Source: Gekko japonicus | Taxonomy: Eukaryota | Assembly: GCF_001447785.1 (NCBI RefSeq) | Contig: NW_015168742.1 | Span: 136,471-200,470, forward strand | DNA length: 64,000 nucleotides | Direction of reading: 5' to 3' | Shown here: positions 11,849 through 23,118 of the stretch, piece by piece | Position numbering within the stretch: the stretch's first letter is position 1 | Layout: each line of letters begins with the position of its first letter | Position numbers and translations under genes: made by a program | Notes under the pieces: model-generated | Told to the model about the DNA's origin: nothing | Databases searched by the model: none | Seen by the model: the letters and a program-made list of their open reading frames with translations, nothing else

Positions 11849-14328
11849 TAATAGGCATGGAGCATTATTTTCCAAGCACCATTAATTTTGTATGCAAGGG
11901 TAAACAATAGACTGATACAAATGCATGCACAGCCTAGAAGGACAGGCTTAACCTTAACAAAAGTTATGTATCTACATTATATCCAACAGAGGTTGGTTAG
12001 AAATAAACAAGCTGCGCAGGAGTTGCTATAGCAGTCCTTTTGAATTTAATTTTTTATTGAATCTTACTTTTATATGTTGAATGTAAGTGTATTTTATTAG
12101 TCATATTTTATTATAAACTGTTTTGTAGACTGCACCACTTAAATTTTCCACATATACACACACCTTCCCAGCTTGTGACATATTTAGCCTTGCAGCATCA
12201 TTATAAGGTGGGGAAATTCTCTTGTTTGTGTGATACAGGTTGAGAGTCAAAGTGAAGTAATAAGAAAGAGACCGCCGAGCTGATTATAAACAGATTTATT
12301 TGGAACAACCATATGATACAACAGCCATATGATATATTTCCACTGAAGTTACAATTTTTGAGGTTATGAATGTTTTATCTCATAGGAGGGGTTGGGGGGA
12401 AGGAAATTGCATGAAAACATGGAATCATTGTGAGGATTTGCTGTATATCATCTTTTTTAAAAAAAGCACATTTTCAATATCAGCCTTACATTCAAATATT
12501 GGCATGACATTTTCCATAGCACTCTGTTGTGTCCTCCAAGAGTGAAGAAAAGTACACGGTACTATGAAAGCTGCTACTCTATTTAAATTATTTATTTGTT
12601 TATTTCATTACATTTATGACACAAAATGTGGTTAGCCTTATTGTATTATGGTAGCATGGACTGGGTGGTGGGATCAATTGTTTCTTGGCTACTCACCTGG
12701 GAGCAACAGTTACTTTTCCCAGACAACGTCTCAGTAACAAGTTGCTTGATTAAATCAGGCCTGGATTCCCAATTTGATATTGATCAATAGAAAATAATAC
12801 AGGAAGTAATTAGTACACATACTGGCACCCTGACAATGGATTGTACATTGCCTAATTTTTTTGAATGTGCAAGGAAGTGCCTCTTGCCAAATCTCCTCTC
12901 CCCTGGTAGAACTTAAGACTCTAACCACAAACTATTTCTGGTGCTACTCCATTCTCCAGGAGAACATATTAATGATACTTTTGGCTACAGGGGGAATTAG
13001 GAAAATTTTCTTCCATGTGACAAAATTTTAGGTGGGATACAAACCATTTTCACCAGATACTAATTAATCCTAAACAGCCACCATCTCTGGTTTCAGTTAA
13101 TGGCTAGTGTAAAATATCATCCATACTTAAATATGTAATGAACAGATCTGAAAAACATCAGTTTGGGAGATATGATGATGAGATGTAAAAATGTTAAGTC
13201 ATCTGCATTAGTGATCCTGAGGGAATATTTGGACATTGTTGTCCAATTTCAGATTTTTTTGCAGTATATATTTGCAGTTGACTTTAATCCCTACAACACA
13301 TTGACACATATATCCAGTTGTATCAACAATAATACTATTCATCTAATAACAAACAAAATGAGTAGATGGTCATGTTATCAGTGTTAATACAGCAGTACAT
13401 GTTATAGTAAGGCTGTGAAGTTCTGTTCACATTTATGCAGAAAGGAGGTGGAAAGCAGCATAGATGTCAAAATAAAGTCAAAAATCTTCCCTGAGTAGAC
13501 AGAGTTTGAGGGTATGTTTCTGTAAAATATGGCATGTCCTCTGCTCCCCTCATGGCCATGTCAGCTTGATAGTTGATAAACAGCTTCTATCACAGGCCTG
13601 CAATGATTTCTTTGCCCTCTGAGGCAAATTGTCTCCAAGAAATGCTGCTTAGGCATTACAACCTCCCTCTCAGAACTTGGGCACACTGATGCAATTTAGC
13701 CTTTGGTTAGGAATATGCACAACAAGAACAAAGTATTATTATAACCTTCAGTTGATTACATTTTGATGGTCTGACTTAATTACATTTTTAATTTACTGCT
13801 GCAAAAGTTGAACATGTTACACATACAGACTCTAACATTTTAACATGGTTAAAAGTGGCATGAGTTTTGTTTATCACAGTCTGACAAAGTTTCCAGGCAA
13901 TTTGAGGGAGGCATTTGCCAGCTAGTCATGATTATAAAAACCATGTCTCTCTTTGCCAAATACATAAATGTAGATTGAATTCCATCCACTAATGGGACTA
14001 CACAAATTCATGTTCTCCCTAGTGAGATAATTAAATTCTGAGCACTTTGTTAAGTAAAATTGCTAAATATGGAAAAAGGAAAAACACACACACACACACA
14101 GAGGTTTGGGGCTGTTAGAATATTGGCTTTCAGTACATATTGGGCTTGATTCTATCCATTTTGTTCTTGGTGACCTTTAATGAAAGAACTTTCCATTCTT
14201 GATATTTTTTTTCAGTTACCAAAACAAGGTTCATGACAGCTCAAATCACTATTAGGTTGGACTCTCTTTGCATGCATTAAAACATGTTGAAACCATTGAT
14301 TAGGGTACAGTTCTGTGCTTCAGGAGCA

Positions 14329-14570
14329 CATAGAATCATAGAGTTGGAAGGGATCTCCAGAGTCATCTAGTCCAACCCCCTGCACAATGCAGAAAATTCA
14401 CAAATACCTCCCCCCACACCCCCAGTGACCACCGTTCCATGCCCTGAAGATGACAAAAAAACCTTCAGGATCTCCAGCCAAACTGGCCTGGAGAAAAATT
14501 GCTTCCTGACCCCAAGGTGGTGATCAGCATTTCTTTGGTCGTGCAGGAAAGGGCCACAAGAAAAATCTTT
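14329..14570 (-). mobile_element. CR1 3' UTR fragment
   Basis: catagaatcatagagttggaagggatc...tagtccaacccc, the CR1 8-bp terminal repeat in reverse. Confidence 0.85.
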
Positions 14571-14611
14571 TTTTTCTGGCTCCATTGTAGTAGTATAGTC
14601 AGTGGGCCCCA

Positions 14612-15546
14612 TCTCCCTTATAAATAAAAGCCGAATGGTGGTGGCACTTCTCTAGAACATTCCACACGCTCCAAAATCAGTTCGCTCTCTGATCTGTCAT
14701 TCAGAGGGTCTCCCTATCCACTGGCTGCTTTGCCTGAGTCCTGCCTCCAACATTCTAAACATTTTGCTGTTCCTCTCCCCCCCATAGCCAGTCAGAACAC
14801 AGAGGTTATTTGCATATGCAGCCTCATTGGCCTTTGCCTTGGAACACAGAGGTTGTTTGCATATGTGACTTGATTGGCTTTTGCGTCTAACATTCTAAAC
14901 ATTTTGCTCTTCTGAGGTAAAATGTGTCCAATCTCCAGGTGAGGGCTGGAGATCACTCAGAATTACAACTGCTTTCCAGATGGCAGAGATCAGTTCCCCT
15001 GGAGAAAATGGTGGGCTCTGTATCCTTATATGCCGCTGAGGTGGCCCCCGTATTACAGCCAATGTGACGTAGCAGTCAGGGCTTCAGAGCACGGGAGAGG
15101 CTGCAGGTGTGTGGGGGGTGGAAAGCTGAAGAGGGAGGGGAAATAAAGGTAGGTTGATGATTGGCTGGGAAGGAGATAGGGTTGCCAACTCCAGGTGGGA
15201 AATTCCTGGAGATGTGAGGGATGGAGCCTGGAGAGGGTGAGGTTTCAGGAGGCGTGGGACCTCGGACAGGTACAAAGCCATAGACTCCACCCTCCAAACC
15301 AACTATTCCCCTATGGGGAACCATCATTGCCAATCTCCAGGGGTGGACTGGAGATCACTTAAAATTACAACTGTTCTTTAGGTAGCAGAGATCAGTTCCT
15401 CTGGAGAAAATGGTGGACTCAGTGTCATTATACCCTGCTGAGGTCACCACAGCAAATTGACAATGAGTGTCGAAGGCCAGGGCACCCGCCCAGAGCCTCT
15501 TTCTAGAGGTCGTTGTATTTATTTCCACAACGGGCCTTTTTTCTAG
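14612..15546 (+). mobile_element. Non-autonomous Helitron
   Basis: 5' TC followed by tataaataaaag; 3' hairpin cgttgt...acaacg then CTAG; sits between host A and T with no TSD. Confidence 0.75.
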
Positions 15547-15589
15547 TAGGCTATAATGTAGAATCAATCTGGCAGTATTTGGCATTTTG

Positions 15590-15750
15590 GTGGGCTGTTT
15601 TTTGAGGTAGAGGCACCAAATTCACAGCATAGTTCCTGGTGCCTCTCCTCACCCCCGCCCCCAAGTTTCAAAAAGATTGGTCCAAGGGGGTCCAATTCTA
15701 TTGGTCCCAGAAGGAAGTTCCCCCAACCTCCATTGTTTCCAATAGAGAGG
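15590..15750. mobile_element. DNA-transposon internal fragment (hAT-like)
   Basis: gaggtagaggcaccaaatt...ccaagtttcaaaaagattgg block recalled from lizard non-autonomous DNA elements. Confidence 0.4.
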
Positions 15751-16710
15751 AAAATTGCCTTGTATGTTAAAGCACACTCCTAGAGTGTGTATATTTCAGA
15801 CCTTCCACCACAGTGCTTTCTTCACAGGAAGATGCTGTATGTCTTCAATTGTTTTTTTCTGCATGTGGATAGGAGAAGACTGATGTTAGGGGGGAATGCA
15901 GGCATTGGCATGCATTAGTCAGTGTTCTCATCCTGCTTCTCTGTGACTGGTTGGCATAGGCTGAACTCCTATGTACTTTGGTGCAATTTCTATGCTCTGA
16001 GCTCCTTGATCTGTGTTTTAATATTCCCCCTCTGCTGGAAGAGCAAATGGTATACGGGCACTAAGCTGGTGTTGCTGGGTAGCCAGCATTCAGGATTTAA
16101 GACTGGTTTATCCAAGATCTAGTGGGACTGGATGGAATATAAAGTCTTGGGTAATAAAAAGTTGGGTGAGATAAAAAAAATTGAGAAATAAATTGAATCA
16201 AAATAAATGTATAAAACTATACTTTAAGAACAGTTGTCACCTTGACATGGTGAATATTTGAACTAAGAAGTCCTGGATCTATTATATAACTTCATACATT
16301 TCAATATTTCTAGGTTAAAAAACTTAAACCAATAAAACAGGTAATTCAATATATCTAGATTGATAACCTTGAACAACATTAAAACAGGAACAATGGAGCA
16401 GGAAAAAAATCAATTTTTTTGCACACCCTTATTATGCTTTTCAGTATAATTTGTAAGCTGCCTTGAGTTACAGTAAAAGTGGGATATAAATATTGGAATA
16501 AATAGTTTGGGCAGGTTGATAACATTTAAGCAACTTCCTGTTTGTTAGGTTAGGCAGGGTTCTGACAGTGATTGTTCCACTTCTGTTACAATTGACTTGT
16601 AAATTGTCATATTCAAAAAACAACAACAAAGTTGACTGAAATAATTTCTCCCTCCGCTATGTGCTGGTATGTTTTCTAAGGCTCAGCACAGGGTGACGGT
16701 CCGAGGGCAA

Positions 16711-16922
16711 GTCTACCAATATAGAGGACTGGGGCGGGTAGACCTATTCTCTGAAGAACAGGTCTACTAATATAACGGAAAGGGGTGGGTAGACCTGTTC
16801 TCTGGAGGCCATGTCTACCAATATAATGGAAAGACGTGGGTAGACCTGTTCTCTGGAGGCCAGGTCTACCAATATAGTGGAAAGGGATGGGAAGACCTGT
16901 TCTCCAGAGGCCTGGTCTACCC
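16711..16922. repeat. 51-bp minisatellite, about 4 units
   Basis: gtctac recurs at 16711, 16762, 16813, 16864 and 16915; this gives the 17-aa repeat in ORF 16676-17059. Confidence 0.9.
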
Positions 16923-17050
16923 CTGTACAGAACAATATTTTCTGTAATGAAATTTGTCTTGGTTCTGTTTTCTCTCATAATGTTTAAATTATTCTTAAAA
17001 TATAGTTTAAAATAATTCATTCTGAGATTTTTTTCAAGGTTATGGAAATA

Positions 17051-17476
17051 TGTTTTCAAAGGCTTTCATGGCCGGAGTTCATTAGTTGTTGTAGATTTTC
17101 CGGGCTGTATAGCTGTGGTCTTGGCATTGTAGTACCTGACATTTCACCAGCAGCTGTGACTGGCATCCTCAGAGCTGAGGATAAGATTAAAATTTCAACA
17201 GCCAATCCATATGCCAAAGAACCTCCTCAGGAAAGCTCCCCCATTAGCATGTCACAGCCTGGAAAACTCCTACAAGAGAATGACTCAGCCCTACCCCACC
17301 TTCCTGAGTAGATATAAAGTACCTGCCTACCATTTTTCTTCTCACCTTGACACAGAGAGTACTCCATCTTTCTGTGTTATACCTCTGAGGATGCCAGTCA
17401 CAGCTGCTGGTGAAACATCAGGTACTACAATGCCAAGACAACAGCCACACAACCCAGGAAATCTACAACAACTCAT
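17051..17476. mobile_element. Penelope-derived element with ~90-bp inverted arms
   Basis: 17084-17174 is the inverted complement of 17383-17473; 12-bp flanking duplication gttatggaaata at 17039-17050 and 17477-17488. Confidence 0.85.
17380..17424 (+). ncRNA. Minimal hammerhead ribozyme motif (Penelope type)
   Basis: tacct-CTGAGGA-tgcca...tggt-GAAAC-atc-aggta: stem I tacct/aggta, both core boxes present; mirror copy on the minus strand at about 17132-17176. Confidence 0.7.
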
Positions 17477-18069
17477 GTTATGGAAATAATCTTCAAAAAA
17501 ACTAATTTACGCGATAGTCAAATATAGACTTGCTCACAACTTTAATGCTATTAGTTTTTTCTTGCTCACAGGGTAGAATTTCTGCTCACAACACTGTGGA
17601 GCTTAGAGGGAACATTGGAATTCTAAGGAACTGAGATCATAGCAACCACAGCAGCACCACTAATTCCTGCCAATCACAGAGCATCATGCTTAACATCTTT
17701 ATGTCAGCCATACCTGTAAGCTGCCAACTAACCAATGTGGTGCCAATGAACCTTCTTAATGTAACCCTATCCTTGACCACACACAGAGCACAATAACAGA
17801 GGAAACACAAGAAGCGCAGTTCTCTATAGAGATTTTTGTAGCATGCCCAATAGGAACCCTGGAACTTCTGGAACTTCTGTAGAAGAGGTGAATCCTCTCC
17901 TGCAAATGCATTCCTTTTAATGCATGAACACACAAGGAAGGAAACATGGCCACTCCAACCATTACACCGGGATATCTGTACAACTCACTAGTAGAGGAAA
18001 GTCCACAAGGCCAAAGCCTATCCCAGACAAACCCCCAGGTCCCATGGAGGGAGAACTGATGCCCTCAGG

Positions 18070-18270
18070 AGTGAGTGTAAAGTGCTGTCAAGTTGCAGCC
18101 AACTTATGGAGACTCCAGCAAGGGACTTTCAAGGCAAGTGAGAAGCAGAGGCAGTTTGCCATTGCCTTGCTCTGCAGAGTCTTCCTTGGTGGTTTCCCTT
18201 CCAAGTATTGACCCTGCTTAGCTTCTGAGGTCTGACGAGGTCAGGCTGTACCATGCTGCTTTCCCTTCCA
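18070..18270 (-). mobile_element. 5S rRNA-derived SINE (5S-Sauria-like)
   Basis: accctgcttagcttctgaggtctgacgaggtcaggct is the reverse complement of 5S rRNA internal sequence. Confidence 0.75.
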
Positions 18271-18908
18271 CCCCAGGAATAGCTTTTTGCAAAGCAAGGG
18301 GGAGACAGAGAATTGGGTGGCAACAAGGGAACACACACCCACACAGAGTATCTGGCCCACTCCCAAAAGCTCAATGGAGGAAACCATGAACAAAGAAGTG
18401 AGCTAATCTGAATCCCTCCAACTAGGAAGCTGGGAATAATACACATCAATTTTGGGCTAGCAATATGCAGTCAAAAACAAACTAGAAGGCAGATGCAGGA
18501 CTGTAATCAACATTTCACACACTGATCTAACAACACATCTAACTGGGCACTCAGGAACAAGATACAACATAGAGCACCTGGAATTATCCACCGGTGCTCG
18601 TGTGAATATTAAACATACACACGGGATAGGAAAGGCTGAAAAGAAAGGCAAAGTGGTATGGAAAAGCAGTGGCTTAGAATGCATGAGGTTCCTGGTTCAA
18701 AGTCTGGATGTTATTAGCTACCAGGCATCCATGGAGCAACTGAGTTTTTCCCTATATCACAGGCAATCACTTGGGAGAGACTGCTTATGCTGATTAGCTG
18801 CCCCAGACACCAATAGTTGGACTTAGTATCTTCTCATTTAGCCATTTCCCCCCTGCATTCATAATGTTCCATTATCACTGCCTTCTGATATTAATCCCAG
18901 CTACTTAT

Positions 18909-19078
18909 TAAGAACGTAAGAGAAACCGTGCTGGATCAGGCCAGTGTACTATCCAGTCCAACACTCAGTGTCACACAGTGTCCAAAACCCAGATGCTGTC
19001 AGGAGGTCCACCAGTGGGGCCAGAACTCCAGAAGCCCTCTCACTGTTGCACCCCAAGCACCAAGAATACAGAGCATCA
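18909..19078 (-). mobile_element. CR1 3' end fragment
   Basis: taagaacgtaagagaa...ggatcaggcc...ccagtccaacactc; same family as 29226 onward. Confidence 0.85.
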
Positions 19079-19182
19079 TTGTTTTCCATTTTACCTGTTG
19101 TTCATGTAGGCTGCAATAACTATTCACAAAGCTCAGGGGTGAGAGATGAGAAGGTAAGAAATAAGTAGCTGATGTGAATACA

Positions 19183-19277
19183 TTTACAGTGCAATCCTAA
19201 GAACAGTTTCTTGGGAGTAAGCCCCATTGAATAGACCTGAGTAGGTTTCTCAGTAGACCAGCTTATGTTTTGCACTA
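19183..19277. mobile_element. Short palindromic MITE
   Basis: cagtgcaatcctaag...cttatgttttgcacta imperfect inverted ends. Confidence 0.55.
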
Positions 19278-19971
19278 CTTTCTTTGCCAGCTAGCCAGGA
19301 ACTAAAATATCCATAAATAAATACTGTAACCTGCCAACCACTGTGGCATTCGGGATCTCAGAGGCATTGATAAATGAGAATGGAGGTGGTTTTTATTTTT
19401 GGAGGGTTTCCATTTGTTTCCAGTACATGCTGTAAAGCATTCTACAGTAGTGCAGGAGTTAAAATTTCTCATTGCCAAAATAACTATGGGAAAAATTTAG
19501 GCAGGTATATGTGATAGCCTCTCAATGTTTGCTGCAAAAAAAAAAGAGAAAGAAAAGAAAAGTGGAGGGGGATATAGACTTCACATTGCTGGAAAAGGTA
19601 GATTACTGTGAAAATAATATAAGATTCAGTTGAATGCTACTTAGCTCCAGTGAAGTAAATTATTGGGGGGGTGCAGTGGGGCTCAAGTCTCCCCAGGGTT
19701 TCCCAATGCTCCCCATACTGCCAGATGGCATCATGAAGCTGCTCAGGCTGTTGGGTTCTCAAGATCAGTCAGTCCTGTTTGTCTTTGTAGCAACTTAACA
19801 AGTTCCTAAGAGGCACAGGGCTGGTTTTGTTTTTGTGATGACAAGAGGGGGAGGGGAACTCCATTGGCTAATACTACCTGTGGAGAAACAATGGAGAGAA
19901 AGACTATGGAAAAGGGAAGTGCAAGATCAATCCATCTAGTAATCAGAAGGCCTCAGTGGTTGGACTGAAGA

Positions 19972-20090
19972 ATGTATTTCTTGTAGCCTGCCACACAAAC
20001 TCTGACGTACATTCAGCTAGATCTAAGTCCGTATGTATTTCTTGTAGCCTGCCACACAGACTGACGTACATTCAGCTAGATCTAAGTCCG
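19972..20090 (+). repeat. Local tandem duplication (about 60 bp, two copies)
   Basis: atgtatttcttgtagcctgccacac...agatctaagtccg at 19972 and 20033. Confidence 0.95.
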
Positions 20091-20295
20091 GTAGTACTTT
20101 AAGAGACCAATAAGATTGGGTGGTGGTGGTGGTAATAAGCTTTTGAGAGTCAAAGCTTCCTTCTTTGGTATCTGATGAAGGGAACATCGACCCTCAAAAT
20201 CTTATACCCCCCAAATTTTGTTGAACTTTAATATGCTACTGAACTCAGATCTAGCTCTTCTACTACATCATGGTTACCTTCTGAAACTATCTGAT
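20075..20295. mobile_element. Penelope-derived palindromic element with decayed hammerhead motif
   Basis: agctagatct...gtag / ctactgaactcagatctagct inverted arms; gtat-CTGATGA-aggg...ccctc-AAAA...atac. Confidence 0.7.
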
Positions 20296-20807
20296 GTAAG
20301 TAAGGGATCAAGAGAACTACGGTTTGCCTTCACAGATGGGATACTAATAATTGCATTATTACTGTGTCCTGATGGTCCTGCCTTAGAGAAGGAGATGGTC
20401 CCACCTCAAATTTTATCTGTTATCTATGGGTGTGGGAGTATGTTACCAAGGATCCCCTTCCTACCTAGATGTGTGCTGTCTGCCCTGATTCCATCCTGGC
20501 TAAATTTGCCTTGGCAGCCGTGTTAGAAGCTAGGAATAATTTGCTCTAAAGAAGGTGAGGTCAAGGCTTCTCCTCAGGCTATGATAATGAGTGGCCAAAA
20601 CATTGGACAGGAGACTGATTCACTGATGGGACATCTGTGTGCCTACCAATTGCTACAGGGGCTTGCAGGGCCAGGCACCCACTTTGGTCTATCAAGTTCA
20701 TTTCCTCAGCAAATACAAGTCTTCCTGAGTGAAAAATCTAATTACTATCCATCAGCCAGGTGAGCTAATTACTTTTTTGCTGATATTCCCTGACTGTCTC
20801 CCAGACT

Positions 20808-21600
20808 TAGAAAATAGTAAGAGTCCAGTAGCACTTTAAAGACTAACACAATTTGTGGCAGGGTATGAGCTTTCTTGGATCCAAGATCACTGCAGATGGT
20901 GACTGCAGCCATGAAATTAAAAGACGCCTGCTCCTTGGGAGGAAAGTGATGGCAAACCTAGACAGCATAATAAAAAGTAGAGACATCACCATGCCAACAA
21001 AAGTCCGTATGGTCAAAGCGATGATATTCCCAGTAGTCATGTATGGCTTTGAGAGTTGGACTATAAGGAAGGCCAAGCAGCGAAGAATAGATTCTTTTGA
21101 ATTACGGTGCTGGAGAAGACTCTCGAGAGTCCCTTGGACTGCAAGGAGATCAAACCAGTCGATCCTAAAAGAAATCAACCCTGACTGTTCCCTGGAAGGC
21201 CAGATAATGAAACTGAAGCTCAAAGACTTTGGCCACCAAATGAGAAGGGAACACTCACTGGAGAAGACCCTGATGCTGGGAAAGATTGAAGGACAAAGAT
21301 AAGGGGATGGGAAAGGATGAGATGGTTAGACAGTGTTATCAAGGCAATGAACATGAAATTAGGCAAACTCATAGCGGAACACAGGCGGGCCTTGCGTGAT
21401 GTGGTCCATGGGGTCACGAAGAGTCGGACTCGACTGTGAGACTGAACAACAACAAAATGAGCTTTCATGAGTCACTGCTCACTTTTTCAGATGTGAGCAG
21501 TAATTCATGAAAGCTCATACCCTGCCACAAATGTTGTTGGTCTGTAAGGTGCTACTGGACTCTTGCTGTTTTCTACTACTACAGACAGACTAACATGACT
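20808..21600. mobile_element. Penelope-derived palindromic element split by BovB
   Basis: agagtccagtagcac...tttgtggcagggtatgagcttt is mirrored by aaagctcataccctgccacaaa...gtgctactggactct. Confidence 0.8.
20875..21456 (+). mobile_element. BovB (RTE clade) LINE, 5'-truncated 3' end
   Basis: ORF reads GSKITADGDCSHEIKRRLLLGRK...EKTLMLGKIEG; tail gggtcacgaagagtcggactcgact...(caa)n; 10-bp TSD atgagctttc at 20865-20874 and 21457-21466. Confidence 0.96.
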
Positions 21601-22089
21601 ACCTAGACTTACATGACTACCCAGCCTGCTCCAGGCCTTGGGGAAGCCTCCACCCTGCCAGCCCTTTTGTCTACCCTGCCTGGATGCAGTCCCTTTTTGC
21701 CACCTTTATGGTGAACCCCTCCTCTCCTTAACTTAGTCAGAATAAGGAAATCCATCGTTTCTCATCCTTGAATCACCCTGAATTCCTGGACTTTATTTAT
21801 CTTAAATTCTTTTGGGTTGCTCTGTCTCATCCTCTCCACTTGGCACATAGACTGCCAACTCCACTTTTATTTCTCTGGGTCTTTGGTAAATGTACTTGTT
21901 CTCTAAATATAGAAAGTGAGGTGGTTCTGCTCTCCTGGACAATACTTTAACCAAAAATAAAAATATGTTCCCATATTTTCAAACCAGGGTATCTGGGAAA
22001 GGATATGTAACACTTAAATGCCATCTGATTAGTTATGATGATTGCTGTTTGTACTGTTTACATTTTAACCTGAATATATATGTATTGTA

Positions 22090-22178
22090 TTTCTTGTAAT
22101 GTATTTATAAATTGTTGTTAACTGCCCTGAACTTCTTGCAGGGGAAGGGCGGTCTAGAAATGAAATGAAATAAATAAC
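22090..22178 (+). mobile_element. L2 3' tail
   Basis: actgccctga...ggaagggcggtctagaaatgaaatgaaataaataa. Confidence 0.6.
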
Positions 22179-22899
22179 TCTTTCTTGCTTACACTTATGG
22201 CAAATCACACAATATTCTGTCAAACTCAAAACTGCTCTTTAAAAACAGACATGTACATCTGCTGTCTCCCATCAAATGAAATGGGTTATCTTCAAGCTCT
22301 AATAGACTGTTGAACAGAGACATCTCCTAGGAATTAGTGTCCATTGAGGAAACCTCCATAGTCATTAAGTAATGTTAACAGTCTTGTCATCAGTCCTGTC
22401 TCCTGTCTGTGTAGGCCAAGCCAAACTCATTTATGTTGATCAGATGTCAATTTCACATATATTTTTTTTAAATTAGTCTTTCATTTTAATGGTACAGTAA
22501 ACTAGATGAACAGAAATTTTTATTGGGAAAGTGCTAATGCAGATTTAGTTATATCTGTGTAAGCATCTTGATTTAATATTTTAGGAAGAAGGTAAGTTAG
22601 CATTCAGCAAAAGTACCAAACCTCTATGGAATTTAAAGATTCTTTCTGAAGAACAACTGAAAGAAGCTTTTGGTTATTTACAAATCTGTTTTTGTATTTT
22701 AACCTTATCACTGATTTTTTACAGTACTCCGTTAAATCAACACATAGCTAGGAAGCCAGACAGGTACATTTGTTGCATAGTTTAAGAATCTGTATATTTA
22801 TTTGAAAATTTATATCGTCTCTCAAGGTGTTTTTCAAACCCAAAATTTTAAATTGCACTATTGTGTCAGATTGTAGTAGTGTGTCAGATTGTCAAATTG

Positions 22900-23118
22900 T
22901 AATAGTGTGATTAGTGTGTCAGATTAAGAACTGGGAGAAACAGGTTCAAATCCATACTCTGTCATGGAAGCTTTCTGGGTGACATTGGGCCAGTCACTCT
23001 CAGCCTAACCTACTTCACACTGTCGTTGTGATGATAAAATGGAGGAGAGGAGAATAGTGTAAGCTGCTCTGGGGCCAAGTTGAGGAGAAAGATAGTATAT
23101 AAATGAAGTAAATGAATA
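22900..23118 (+). mobile_element. Older tRNA-derived SINE (Squam3/CORE-like)
   Basis: ctgggagaaacaggttcaaatcc (B box), gtgacattgggccagtcactctcagcctaacctacttcac core, L2-like tail. Confidence 0.75.

Larger units (their letters stand above)
16670..17617 (-). mobile_element. Non-autonomous hAT-like element carrying an internal minisatellite
   Basis: Terminus caatgttccctctaagctccacagtgttgtgagcagaaattctacc (reverse) shared with 32294 onward; left boundary approximate. Confidence 0.7.

Noticed and set aside
16676-17059. ORF with 17-aa repeats; CRISPR-like look of the 51-bp and 62-bp arrays
   Set aside because: Simple minisatellites inside DNA transposons, with no unique spacers and no cas genes, in eukaryotic DNA
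22585-22591. Possible 7-nt microexon ag|GAAGAAG|gtaagt
   Set aside because: Good splice signals, but I could not build a consistent open frame with neighbouring candidates
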